From a virus, in the IMG/VR virus record IMGVR_UViG_3300027586_000004, positions 1 to 64,000 of that record: a stretch of DNA of 64,000 nucleotides, one strand, 5' to 3'. The notes under the pieces are model-generated. The model saw only the letters and a list, made by a program, of their open reading frames with translations, searched no databases and was not told where the DNA came from. The position numbers and the translations under genes are program-made. Below, in pieces: positions 29,333 through 38,171 of this stretch. The stretch's first letter is position 1; each line of letters begins with the position of its first letter.

Positions 29333-29683
29333 CTACAGAACATTCCAGGAAGCCTTGGGTCTCGCTTTTGGCTTTTTGCCCTCCCTGGTACCCTTGCAAG
29401 CCTCCGTGACCGCATGAACGCATTTCTTGGCCTGTGAGAGGGTGTCGGATGCTCCCATCTGATGGAGTTCCTTGGCCGTGTGGAGGTTCTTGGGGCTGTA
29501 GGGCAGTTCAAAGTCCTCCACAACGGTTCCGTCCGAACCGTACTTCTGATCCTCGGTCTTGGGAACAAAATAACATGTGAAGCAGACGGCGGGGTACATT
29601 TTGTCGTCCACGAAGGGGTAATTCTTGTGGACGGTCGTGTATAAGTCCATTTTCTGTCCGCAGATGGGGCATTTTCTTGTCAC
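29333..29683 (-). CDS. Zn-finger hypothetical protein
   Basis: CPIC...CFTC; GTGA overlap with the SET gene stop. Confidence 0.65.
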   Translation of the reverse strand: MTRKCPICGQKMDLYTTVHKNYPFVDDKMYPAVCFTCYFVPKTEDQKYGSDGTVVEDFELPYSPKNLHTAKELHQMGASDTLSQAKKCVHAVTEACKGTREGKKPKARPKASWNVL

Positions 29684-30063
29684 ATTGCCTTCTTTTCTAT
29701 TCCCCTGGATGAGAACCAGTGCGTGCCGTAGTTGACGGTCAACTGTTCGCCTTGCACTATATCCCTTTTTGTAATTATAGCCAGAAGCCGGTCTTGGATG
29801 TTCGTGGAGAATTCGCAGTTGTTGTCGTCGCTGTGGTTGTAGATCATCGTCCACCCGAGGGGTATGGCCAGGCGACTTTCCCATGCCATCACATACTTGA
29901 ACGCCTCTTGGTCGGTCGCTATCGCGTTGGTTTCGCAGACGATCACGGGCGCTATCTCCACAAATGTCCCCGAATTTATTCTTTCATTCGCCAGTACGCC
30001 TAGGCCGACGTCATCCAGCCGTGCGATTGAGAGCCTTTTATCCAAGAAGGGGACTTTGTTCAT
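29680..30063 (-). CDS. SET-domain protein-lysine methyltransferase
   Basis: GLGVLA...I..G, YNHSDDNNC and RDIVQGEQLTVNYG motifs; ATGA overlap with dut. Confidence 0.85.
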   Translation of the reverse strand: MNKVPFLDKRLSIARLDDVGLGVLANERINSGTFVEIAPVIVCETNAIATDQEAFKYVMAWESRLAIPLGWTMIYNHSDDNNCEFSTNIQDRLLAIITKRDIVQGEQLTVNYGTHWFSSRGIEKKAM

Positions 30064-30536
30064 TTTCCAGTGGAGCCGAAGCCTCCGGAGCCACGGCTTG
30101 AATCGCCAATAATCTTGCATTCCACGAACGGCAGATCAAAATGGCCCTCTATTATGAGTTGGGCTATCCTGTCGCCTTTTTCCACATGAAATGTGTTGTG
30201 CTTGTCCGTGTTCAACAGAACCACCTTCACCTCGCCTCGGTAGCTTGAGTCAAGAACTCCGGCAAGCACGTCTATGCCGTGTTTGGCGGCAAGTCCCGAT
30301 CGGGGGGCGACCCTGCCGTAGAGGCCTTCGGGAATCTCCATGCTTATGCCGGTGCCGACAGTCTTCCTTTCCCCGGGGTGAATCATGACGGCTTCTGTTG
30401 AGAAAAGATCTGCCCCCGCGTCCGTAGGATTTGCCCGCGCGGGAATTCTAGCGTCTGCTTGAAGTTTCATCACCTTTAGATTCGGCACTTCGGCGTCCGT
30501 CTCTGTTCCGTAGAACCATCTTGATATTAGATTCAT
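30060..30536 (-). CDS. dut: dUTPase (trimeric)
   Basis: AGADL, PRSGLA, GVLDSSYRGE, DRIAQ and RGSGGFGSTG motifs. Confidence 0.95.
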   Translation of the reverse strand: MNLISRWFYGTETDAEVPNLKVMKLQADARIPARANPTDAGADLFSTEAVMIHPGERKTVGTGISMEIPEGLYGRVAPRSGLAAKHGIDVLAGVLDSSYRGEVKVVLLNTDKHNTFHVEKGDRIAQLIIEGHFDLPFVECKIIGDSSRGSGGFGSTGK

Positions 30537-30537
30537 C

Positions 30538-32628
30538 TCATGCCTCGCACGATGAGCAAGTTAGGATTGATCTCGCAAGTTCTTGGGCCGGGTTGGCGGA
30601 TCGCTGGTAGTAGAATGTCTTGACTCCCATCTGCCAACCTTCTATCAACAGGCTGTTTACATCCTTTGGGGATGTGGACGGAGGGATCATGATGTTCAGC
30701 GACTGAGCCTGGTCAATGTATTTCTGCCTCTGCGCGGCTTGTATGACTATCTCTTTCTGGCTTATCTCTCCGAATGTCTTGAATACGTCCTTTTCTTCCT
30801 TTGTGAGGAAGTTCAGGTGCTGAACCGATCCTCCCTTTACAAGGACGGTTTTCCAAACTTCGTCCGTGTTTTTTTCATACTTCTTGAGAACCTCCTTGAG
30901 ATAGGGGTTCTTGTAGGTGAACTTGCCTTTGGCGAGGTTCTTGACAAAGTAGTTGCTGTTGAGCGGTTCAATGCTGGGACTAACTTGTCCGAGGATGAAA
31001 CTGCTTGAAGTCGTGGGCGCAACAGCAAGCGTCGTGACATTCCTTCGCCCGTATCCTTTGAGCAGTTCGGGTTCGCCGTAGTCCTTGGCCATCTTTTCCG
31101 TGGCCTTGTCGGCTCTATCTCTTATTGTCTTCCATATCTCTGTGTTGAGGAGTTTGGCTTGCATGCTCTCAAAGGCTATCATTTTGCTCTGGAGGTATGA
31201 GTGCCAGCCAAGGGCGCCTAGTCCGAGGGCCCTCTGGGAGATCGCAAAATTTCTTGCGGCCTCCATGTACTTGACGCCCTCCGTCTTGCTTATGAACTCC
31301 TCGCATACGGCATCAAGAAACTGAACCATGGTTTCTACGGCATCCGTGTCCTTGATCTCATCCCAATGAAGAAGATTTAGGCTTGAAAGGACGCAGACGA
31401 ACGAATTGTCCATGTCTGAGTAGAGTTGGATTTCCGAGCAGTTCCCGGTCAGTATGCCGTTGAATACCGCCTTGTGTTCGATGGGTTCATTGACGCAGTA
31501 TGTGTCGCTAGATCCATCGTCCTCAACGGAAAGAACTTCGGGTCTGAACAGTCTGCCTTTTTCGTTGGCGAACGCAAGAAGTATGTCTCCGGGCTTTAGA
31601 TCGGCAGCTCGCGCCTCTTTGCCGTCTTTTTTGCCGTCTTTGAGATAGAACTTGTGGTATTCGGTTACCGAAAGGCTCGTTCTGAAGATTGTTTCCGTAT
31701 CCTCGTCGTCAAACTCCCTCTTGATGAAGGTGATCTTTATAAGTTTTTGGTTTTCGCCCGTCTTGACGACCTTTGTCTTTGACCACTGCTTCCCGTTCCA
31801 GACCTCAACTTCCCTGCCCTCGTTGTCCCCTATTTTTATTTCGCCGCTCTTGGTGAGCAGCATCGTGTCTGGGGATACGCAGAGGTTTGATGCTTTTATC
31901 TTGAGTTTCTTATCCTTGTAGACCTGCGGGGCGTTTTTGTTGGCGGTGTCGACAAACATGATGTAGGGATAGCCCGTCTCAAATCGCTTTTGGATGACCT
32001 TCGCCCATACTTTCCGCTTTTCTTTGTCTCCCTCCACAAGATCTTTCATGAACTTGTCGGTGACGGTGACTCCGATGCTCATGTTCTGAATGCTGTGGCC
32101 CTCGCTCCTTATCTGCAGGAATTCGTCTATGTCAGAATGTTCTATGGGCATGTACGCGGCAAATGATCCTCTTCTTGCGCTTCCCTGGCTGATCACTTCT
32201 GCGACCTTGTCAAATATCTCCATGAAGTGAACCGCGCCGCTACTCTCTCCTCCGACGCTGATCTTCGTTCCCCGAGGGCGGAGATCTCCAAAAAATCCGC
32301 TGGTTCCTCCCCCCATCTTGCTCATGATGCCCACCTCGGCCGACTTTGTGAGGATAGCCTCCATGTTGTCGGATATGAAACTTCCGAAGCAACTCGCTGG
32401 GAGCCCCCGCTTGTTGCCGAAGTTGGTCCATACTGGCGTGGCGAGGGAGTAGAATCCCTTGCTCATGAAACTCTCAAATTTGTCCGCAAATCCCTTTATT
32501 TTGAGTATCTCTTCTGCCTTGTCGGCAATCTGCCGAACCCTCTGCTCCGGGGTGGTATCTGGCTCGAGATAGCCTCTCTCTAGAAAAATACGACTGTGCG
32601 CGTTCAACCAATAATATTCTTTGTTCAT
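30538..32628 (-). CDS. nrdA: Ribonucleotide reductase class I alpha subunit, containing an intein
   Basis: ASC, GGGT, QG..RRG, SNL|CSEI, APTTSSS, KTFYY and C-terminal CSSC. Confidence 0.95.
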   Translation of the reverse strand: MNKEYYWLNAHSRIFLERGYLEPDTTPEQRVRQIADKAEEILKIKGFADKFESFMSKGFYSLATPVWTNFGNKRGLPASCFGSFISDNMEAILTKSAEVGIMSKMGGGTSGFFGDLRPRGTKISVGGESSGAVHFMEIFDKVAEVISQGSARRGSFAAYMPIEHSDIDEFLQIRSEGHSIQNMSIGVTVTDKFMKDLVEGDKEKRKVWAKVIQKRFETGYPYIMFVDTANKNAPQVYKDKKLKIKASNLCVSPDTMLLTKSGEIKIGDNEGREVEVWNGKQWSKTKVVKTGENQKLIKITFIKREFDDEDTETIFRTSLSVTEYHKFYLKDGKKDGKEARAADLKPGDILLAFANEKGRLFRPEVLSVEDDGSSDTYCVNEPIEHKAVFNGILTGNCSEIQLYSDMDNSFVCVLSSLNLLHWDEIKDTDAVETMVQFLDAVCEEFISKTEGVKYMEAARNFAISQRALGLGALGWHSYLQSKMIAFESMQAKLLNTEIWKTIRDRADKATEKMAKDYGEPELLKGYGRRNVTTLAVAPTTSSSFILGQVSPSIEPLNSNYFVKNLAKGKFTYKNPYLKEVLKKYEKNTDEVWKTVLVKGGSVQHLNFLTKEEKDVFKTFGEISQKEIVIQAAQRQKYIDQAQSLNIMIPPSTSPKDVNSLLIEGWQMGVKTFYYQRSANPAQELARSILTCSSCEA
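31441..31881 (-). mobile_element. Mini-intein (147 aa, no homing endonuclease) in nrdA
   Basis: Begins CVSPDT, block B TEYHKF, block F DTYCV, ends ILTGN followed by Cys; removal restores SNLCSEI. Confidence 0.92.
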
Positions 32629-32668
32629 TCTTTCTTTCTTTCTTTCTTATTAATTCAGTAGAGTTTGA

Positions 32669-33640
32669 TTAGAACAAGTCTTCTGCGTCGAAGCTTTTGG
32701 ATTTTTTGGAATATTCCACGCTTCTTGAATGGAAAAAATCGGTGTTGTTGTTTCCTAGGACCTGCTCTTCAAACCACATCGTCTTGGAAAGAAGATCTTT
32801 GTCGACATCGAATATTTCGCGGTAGCCTATTTCTTTGAGGGACTCATTCATTCTGTTTTTTATGAATTCCTTAAGGATGTTGGAGTTGAGCTTTTCTGAA
32901 TCATAGCCGTTGACGATCCACTCCACGATCTGCATCTCGTATTTGAGTGCGTCCTTTGCCTCGGTGAGTATCTTTTCCTCTAGTTCCTCGTCAAAAAGTT
33001 CAGGGTGTTCCTTTCGGATCACATTTATCAATTTCATCCCTATGATGGCGTGAAGAGCCTCTTCTCGGGACGTGTACTCCACTTGCTTGTTGGTGTCTTT
33101 GAGAACATTCTTATATCTCCCGAACCATCCGATGGTGTAGAACTGAGAGAAAAGAGCGATGTTCTCTACGAACAAGGTGAAGAGGATGAGCGAGTATATA
33201 AACTGCTTCTTGTTGTCGGCGTGGAACTTGTGGAGGTGCTTCCTCAAATAGTTGACCCGGCCTTTGATGCAATCCAACTCGAGGATTTTGTCAAACGCAT
33301 CATTTATGCCAAGGACTTCCAGGAGCCTTTCGTATGCGTCTCCGTGGATGACCTCTGTGTTTGCCATGACATAGCCCATGTCGTTGATGCTGGGGTGGGG
33401 CAAATTGTCTCCAAGCTTGGCCCAGAATTTCTTTACGCTGATCTCAAGCTGGCCAATTGTCGCGAGGGCTCGTGTGATTATCTCTTGCTCTTGTTTGGTC
33501 AGAGACACCCTGAAGTCTTGGACGTCGCTTGAGAAGCTGAATTCTTTGTCTGTCCAGAAGCCATTATGCATGGCCTCTATGAAATCCTGCGTCCAAGGGT
33601 ACTTGTCGGGTTTGCGGCCTATCTGTTCTTCAAAAATCAT
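32669..33640 (-). CDS. nrdB: Ribonucleotide reductase beta subunit
   Basis: FW..E, EVIHGDAY, EEALH and DFF motifs. Confidence 0.95.
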   Translation of the reverse strand: MIFEEQIGRKPDKYPWTQDFIEAMHNGFWTDKEFSFSSDVQDFRVSLTKQEQEIITRALATIGQLEISVKKFWAKLGDNLPHPSINDMGYVMANTEVIHGDAYERLLEVLGINDAFDKILELDCIKGRVNYLRKHLHKFHADNKKQFIYSLILFTLFVENIALFSQFYTIGWFGRYKNVLKDTNKQVEYTSREEALHAIIGMKLINVIRKEHPELFDEELEEKILTEAKDALKYEMQIVEWIVNGYDSEKLNSNILKEFIKNRMNESLKEIGYREIFDVDKDLLSKTMWFEEQVLGNNNTDFFHSRSVEYSKKSKSFDAEDLF

Positions 33641-33679
33641 GTCTTCTCCTTGGTGTTTTGGTGAGGGTATGTAAGAATA

Positions 33680-35689
33680 TTAATTGAATTTTTTGAAATG
33701 TGTGAAGCCTTTTCTTTTTTCGAGGCTTATTAACTCACACCCATCCAGCATTTCAAGCAGATTCTGATCGTGGGTGGTGATAAACACCTGCCTGTCCTTG
33801 GCTAATTCAAGAATCATGTTATATACCCCAACCACCCCTATTTGGTCAATGTTAGTTGTAACTTCGTCTAGAAAAACAAGACTGGGGTACATTCCCGAAC
33901 TCAACATCATCACATGGGCGAACGCCTGAGACACCGCGAGGTTCAATCTTCTTCTTTCTCCGCCGCTCATCGCGTAATAGACGAACGGATCCCCGTCCGA
34001 AGGATTGCGCTCTATTTTCTCCTCAAGTTCGTTGTTGAATTCGAGGCTGATCTTTCCGTCTATGAGGAACTGAAGCCAGTAGGCCACTCTCGAGTTGAGG
34101 GCTGGAATAATCCCGTCAATGATGAACTTCCTGATTCCAGAATCGCCGAAGGCCACCGACCAGAATTCGTAGTACGGAAGCTGCTTCTCCAGTTCGTCAA
34201 GCTCCTTGTTCCTCGAATTGAATTCCGACTCCCTTGCTTCTATTTCTTCCGCCAGTTCGTCTATTATCTTCTTGAATGGGGTGTCCCCCTTCATCTCCTT
34301 CTTCTTGGCCGAAACTTGTTCGTTCAGTCCCTCCATCTGCTGCGTTATAAGCTGGTTCTTTATGTCCTTGCCCTGGGGCTTTTCCACCTTGTTGAGTTCG
34401 GCGAGTTCCTTTCTTTTTTCGGAAAGTTCTCTGGAGGATTTGTTTAGATTGTCCTTGGCCGATGATATACCGTCGGATATTTTAGAAAGCGTACCTGCAA
34501 GAGCCTTCAATTTTGAAGAAAGTCCATCCTTCTTTTCATTATCGGAACCCATTTCGGTCTGGAGCGATCCTATGTTCTCCAAAAGCTGTTCCGTGTACTT
34601 GTTGTAGTTCTCCTTTGAGACCTTTCCGAGGCAGAACTTGCAAGTGGCTCCCTCATTCTTCTCTAGTCTGCCGATTTCTTTCTGATTTTCCTCAATTTTT
34701 GACGAAAGGGCTTTTATTGAACTTGAAACGGTGTCGATGGAAATGTTGCATTCGTTCTGTTTCTGCTTTATGCCCGAGGACTTCTCCTGTGCGAGGTCGA
34801 GAACTTCTTGAATTTTAAGTTGCTTGGCTTCGGCTTGCGGGATTTCGGAATTCAATTCCTCTATCCTGGCCTGGGTCTGGTGGTACTTGGATGCTTCCGT
34901 GCCCTCCGAGGTGAGTTCGAGTTGCTCCTTGAGCGACCTTATCTTTGACAGAAGCGAATCAAGTTCGCTCTTCCTCTGAACCGTCCAACTGGACTCCTGC
35001 TCCTTGGCAGCCTTGATCCTTGACTTGGACTGCTCCAGCTGTTTGCGGGTGTTCTCGTAGTCTACCTGAAGAATCTTAATTGCATCCTTCTTTTCCTTCT
35101 TAAGATTTTTCGCCCTTTCGGCGAAGCCCTTGTATTTGTCCAGGGACAGGAGGTTCTCCACTATCTCGCGCTTGTTTGAGGCGTCGCACTCAAGAAAGCT
35201 TCCGGCATTGTTGTCGGTGAACACCACAATGTTGACAAATGTTTCATAGTTGATGCCAAGTTTCTCCTCGAGCAACTTCTGGGTCGCCGGCTGGCCGCCT
35301 AGGGTGATCTCGGTGGTGTCGTCCCATATTCCATCCGGACTTTCCCAGAGCCTCAAGGTGTCTGGTTTTCTTGTGCGGACAACCCTGAAGTCGCCCCACC
35401 TGACCTCCGTTTTCAGTCCCTTGCCGACCTGATTGTTTATGACGTCCTTGTGGCTGATCTTTTTCGGGTGCTTTATGGTCTTGCCGAAGAGCGTGTAGAC
35501 GATGATCTCGGGAATGCTACTCTTTCCCACCCCGTTGCTAGCGACCCTAGACTCGCCGTCAACCACGTCTAGGTTGAATCCCTTGACGAGGACTATGTTG
35601 CCATGATCCTTGAAGGTGAGTTCAAGCGCCTCTGGGCCAAAGCAGAGGAAATTCTGGGCGTAGATGTATTTGATATCCAGGCTCTTCAT
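33680..35689 (-). CDS. Rad50/SbcC-like ATPase (T4 gp46-like)
   Basis: NGVGKS Walker A, CKFC hook, MSGGE signature, FLDE Walker B. Confidence 0.93.
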   Translation of the reverse strand: MKSLDIKYIYAQNFLCFGPEALELTFKDHGNIVLVKGFNLDVVDGESRVASNGVGKSSIPEIIVYTLFGKTIKHPKKISHKDVINNQVGKGLKTEVRWGDFRVVRTRKPDTLRLWESPDGIWDDTTEITLGGQPATQKLLEEKLGINYETFVNIVVFTDNNAGSFLECDASNKREIVENLLSLDKYKGFAERAKNLKKEKKDAIKILQVDYENTRKQLEQSKSRIKAAKEQESSWTVQRKSELDSLLSKIRSLKEQLELTSEGTEASKYHQTQARIEELNSEIPQAEAKQLKIQEVLDLAQEKSSGIKQKQNECNISIDTVSSSIKALSSKIEENQKEIGRLEKNEGATCKFCLGKVSKENYNKYTEQLLENIGSLQTEMGSDNEKKDGLSSKLKALAGTLSKISDGISSAKDNLNKSSRELSEKRKELAELNKVEKPQGKDIKNQLITQQMEGLNEQVSAKKKEMKGDTPFKKIIDELAEEIEARESEFNSRNKELDELEKQLPYYEFWSVAFGDSGIRKFIIDGIIPALNSRVAYWLQFLIDGKISLEFNNELEEKIERNPSDGDPFVYYAMSGGERRRLNLAVSQAFAHVMMLSSGMYPSLVFLDEVTTNIDQIGVVGVYNMILELAKDRQVFITTHDQNLLEMLDGCELISLEKRKGFTHFKKFN

Positions 35690-36765
35690 TCCGTTTCCCT
35701 GCATATCTCCGTGCCGATCCTTATGAGCGTCTCCTTGTCGAGGCTCTCGGAGTTGGCTTGTTCTACGTACTTCTCAAGCATCTCCTCCTCCTTGTAGAGA
35801 ATTGCCTTCGCGTCCTTGATTGCGTGATCCTCTTGTTTCTGAACCTGCTTTATCTCGAGGGACGAAACCTTGGAGTTCTCAAGCAGGCCCTGCCGTATTT
35901 CCGTCATTTGCCTGCTCGTGATGTCCTCCACCTCCAGCCTCACGAAGTGGCCTTCCAGGTCGTAGTCGGCGATCTCATTCTCCTTGAGGATGTAGTGCCT
36001 TGGGCTGAATGTGTTCTCTATGTACTCGCATTCCCCGTCCAAAGTGTCAAATACGACAACATGCTTGGACTGAAAGGCTTCTCCGAAGGAGAGCTGCAGG
36101 GGGGAGCCTACGTACTCCACCTTCTCGTCCAGTTTCTGCTCGGCGTGGTAGTGGCCGAGGAAAACTCTGTCCCAGTTGGAGAATATGTCGGATCCCACAC
36201 GCACCATGTCTCCGTCATGTTCTATGGTGACTTCGGACACAGTCTTGTATTTGACGTTCCAGACGGCTCCGTCCACCGATATGTGTCCCCCGAGGACTTT
36301 CATGCATTTGCCTCCCTTGGCCTTCCAGTCCTTCTCCACGGCCTTGAGGTCTTCTATCGGGTTGTGTGTGTAGGGAAGGAATCCGAACGAGAATTCCTCG
36401 CTCCCTTCCTTGATTACTTCCACGCTGGGCGCGTTGATGACCTTGATTCCAGGGAGGCTCCTCAATGGGTTGACGCTGGAGACGTCAAGTTTCTGGTAGT
36501 GCCAGAGATCGTGGTTGCCAAGCAAAAGAAAGAGATTTTTCTTTCCATCAAGGTGTTTCTCTAGCACATCAAAGGTTTTCTGGTATGTGAGGACGTCTAT
36601 CTTCTGCCGGTCGTGGAAGAGGTCTCCGAGGAAGACTATGTTCTTTATCTCCCTCTCCTTTGCGGTTCTGAACACCCAGTCCAGGACTTCAATGCAGTCG
36701 TCAAGCCTTTCCGAGGAGCGCTTGTGGGGGTGAATGTGGAGGTCGCTGAAGATTAGAACTTTCAT
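35686..36765 (-). CDS. Mre11/SbcD-like nuclease (T4 gp47-like)
   Basis: SDLH, GDLF, GNHD and GHYH motifs. Confidence 0.93.
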   Translation of the reverse strand: MKVLIFSDLHIHPHKRSSERLDDCIEVLDWVFRTAKEREIKNIVFLGDLFHDRQKIDVLTYQKTFDVLEKHLDGKKNLFLLLGNHDLWHYQKLDVSSVNPLRSLPGIKVINAPSVEVIKEGSEEFSFGFLPYTHNPIEDLKAVEKDWKAKGGKCMKVLGGHISVDGAVWNVKYKTVSEVTIEHDGDMVRVGSDIFSNWDRVFLGHYHAEQKLDEKVEYVGSPLQLSFGEAFQSKHVVVFDTLDGECEYIENTFSPRHYILKENEIADYDLEGHFVRLEVEDITSRQMTEIRQGLLENSKVSSLEIKQVQKQEDHAIKDAKAILYKEEEMLEKYVEQANSESLDKETLIRIGTEICRETE

Positions 36766-36782
36766 GGGCTTTCTGGACGCTC

Positions 36783-36810
36783 ATTGTATCTAAAGTTTTC
36801 TTATTGTCCA
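36783..36810 (-). promoter_or_regulatory. Sigma70-like promoter of the recombination/nucleotide operon
   Basis: TGGACA-N16-TACAAT upstream of 36765. Confidence 0.45.
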
Positions 36811-37130
36811 GATTTCTTTAGAGACTTTTCTAGCGCCTTCCACACGTCCACGCTGTTGATCTTCTGAACCTTGGCTGCGGGTGCGGGAGGGGCTCCTCCT
36901 TCCGGCCCTAGCCCCGAAGACATACCTCCCATTGGCGGCCCTCCTAGACCCATTGGCGGCCCTCCTAGACCCATTGGCGGCCCTCCGCCTCCGCCTAGTC
37001 CGGGAGGTATTCCCATTCCGACGCCCGGACCGCCCTTAGGAGGTCCTCCACCCGGCGGACCTTTCGGGCCTCCTGGGGGTGGACCGGGGGGCGTCGCCTC
37101 CATCATCATATATTGGTAGAAAGTCTTCAC
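36801..37130 (-). CDS. Gly/Pro/Met-rich protein with capsid-targeting-like N-terminus
   Basis: (M)KTFYQYMMME then GGPPMGL repeats; TATATA 5 nt upstream of the GTG start. Confidence 0.7.
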   Translation of the reverse strand: MKTFYQYMMMEATPPGPPPGGPKGPPGGGPPKGGPGVGMGIPPGLGGGGGPPMGLGGPPMGLGGPPMGGMSSGLGPEGGAPPAPAAKVQKINSVDVWKALEKSLKKSGQ

Positions 37131-37184
37131 GGACTTATATATGAACTATCTATATAATTAAGGACTGAACAAAGGAGGTTCAAA

Positions 37185-37361
37185 ATGAAAGACATGGATG
37201 CCAAGGATCTCGTGATCCTTCTTGTGACGGTATTTCTGCCCCCGTTGGGAGTGGCTATCAAATTCGGGCTCGGACTCAAGTTCTTGCTAAATCTAGCCTT
37301 GACTTTCCTCGGGTATGTTCCTGGGCTTGTCCACGGCGTGTATGTCGTGCTCAAAGGTTGA
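37185..37361 (+). CDS. YqaE/Pmp3 family membrane proteolipid (58 aa)
   Basis: FLPPLGV...NLALTFLGYVPGLVHGVYV signature; AAGGAGG RBS; below the ORF-track cutoff. Confidence 0.88.
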   Translation: MKDMDAKDLVILLVTVFLPPLGVAIKFGLGLKFLLNLALTFLGYVPGLVHGVYVVLKG

Positions 37362-37935
37362 TCTGCGGTATCTTTGAGGCGATCGTGTTCCAGTTCTTTT
37401 GAACCCAGTCGTGGAAGGCCTTTTCTGCGGCCTTGGGTCCGATTTCGCTGGTCTTTCCGGTGGTCTGGAACTCAATCTCGTGGGTGGCCTCGTGGACTAT
37501 CGTGCTGGCGATCTCCACGACGGCCTCCTTCGTGTCGCCCAGCTCCCTCACTATCCTCTGAACATTCACATGGATCACGTCCGACGGGACTATCTGCCTC
37601 TCGTCTATGTCGGGGATATATTGCTTTATGACCGCGTTGGGAACCCTATTCAAGGCATTCTGCTGCATTACGTTCTGTCCGAATTTGAACTTAACCTTGT
37701 TCGTAACCGCTGGCCCTATGACCTTCTTGTTCTCGGAGGAGGTATAAAGGCCGTAAACTCCGCTGTTCAGCGGGGCTATGGTGCTGATGTTGTTCAGTAT
37801 TTTCTGGTTGGTTGCGCGGCCGTATAGCTGGACGAGTTTTATGGCGTACTTTGCCTTGTTATAGATGTGGTCTATCTTGCTCTGTACCTCGTCGGTACCC
37901 ACGGTGTTTTCAAGCCAGTGTCTAAATCCTACCAT
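37351..37935 (-). CDS. Zincin-like (HEXXH) protein with capsid-targeting-like N-terminus
   Basis: MVGFRHWLEN start; IVHEATHE...SE motif. Confidence 0.7.
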   Translation of the reverse strand: MVGFRHWLENTVGTDEVQSKIDHIYNKAKYAIKLVQLYGRATNQKILNNISTIAPLNSGVYGLYTSSENKKVIGPAVTNKVKFKFGQNVMQQNALNRVPNAVIKQYIPDIDERQIVPSDVIHVNVQRIVRELGDTKEAVVEIASTIVHEATHEIEFQTTGKTSEIGPKAAEKAFHDWVQKNWNTIASKIPQINL

Positions 37936-37964
37936 GGGCATATATACTGTATCTGGAGGTGAAA

Positions 37965-38171
37965 ATGCACATTGTAAGCGATTTTTGGTGGGTTTGGCTG
38001 TCGGTTTTTGTCCTTTCCGGGGCTTATATTTTACATGCAAGGAAAAAGGCCGCCGAGGGAGTTCAGGCACAGTTCGTCTTGACGGGGTGCCTTCTCATCG
38101 TCTTCTATTCGGTATGCTTCTTTTCGGGCATCTGTACAATCTTGAACTTTATTTGGAGATGGATTCTTTAA
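37965..38171 (+). CDS. Small two-TM membrane protein
   Basis: GGAGG RBS; two hydrophobic helices; TAATG overlap with the next gene. Confidence 0.65.
   Translation: MHIVSDFWWVWLSVFVLSGAYILHARKKAAEGVQAQFVLTGCLLIVFYSVCFFSGICTILNFIWRWIL

Noticed and set aside
35758-36564. 268-aa plus-strand ORF and similar long antisense ORFs (33005, 33914, 55920)
   Set aside because: Antisense shadows of conserved genes caused by codon bias; no motifs or RBS.
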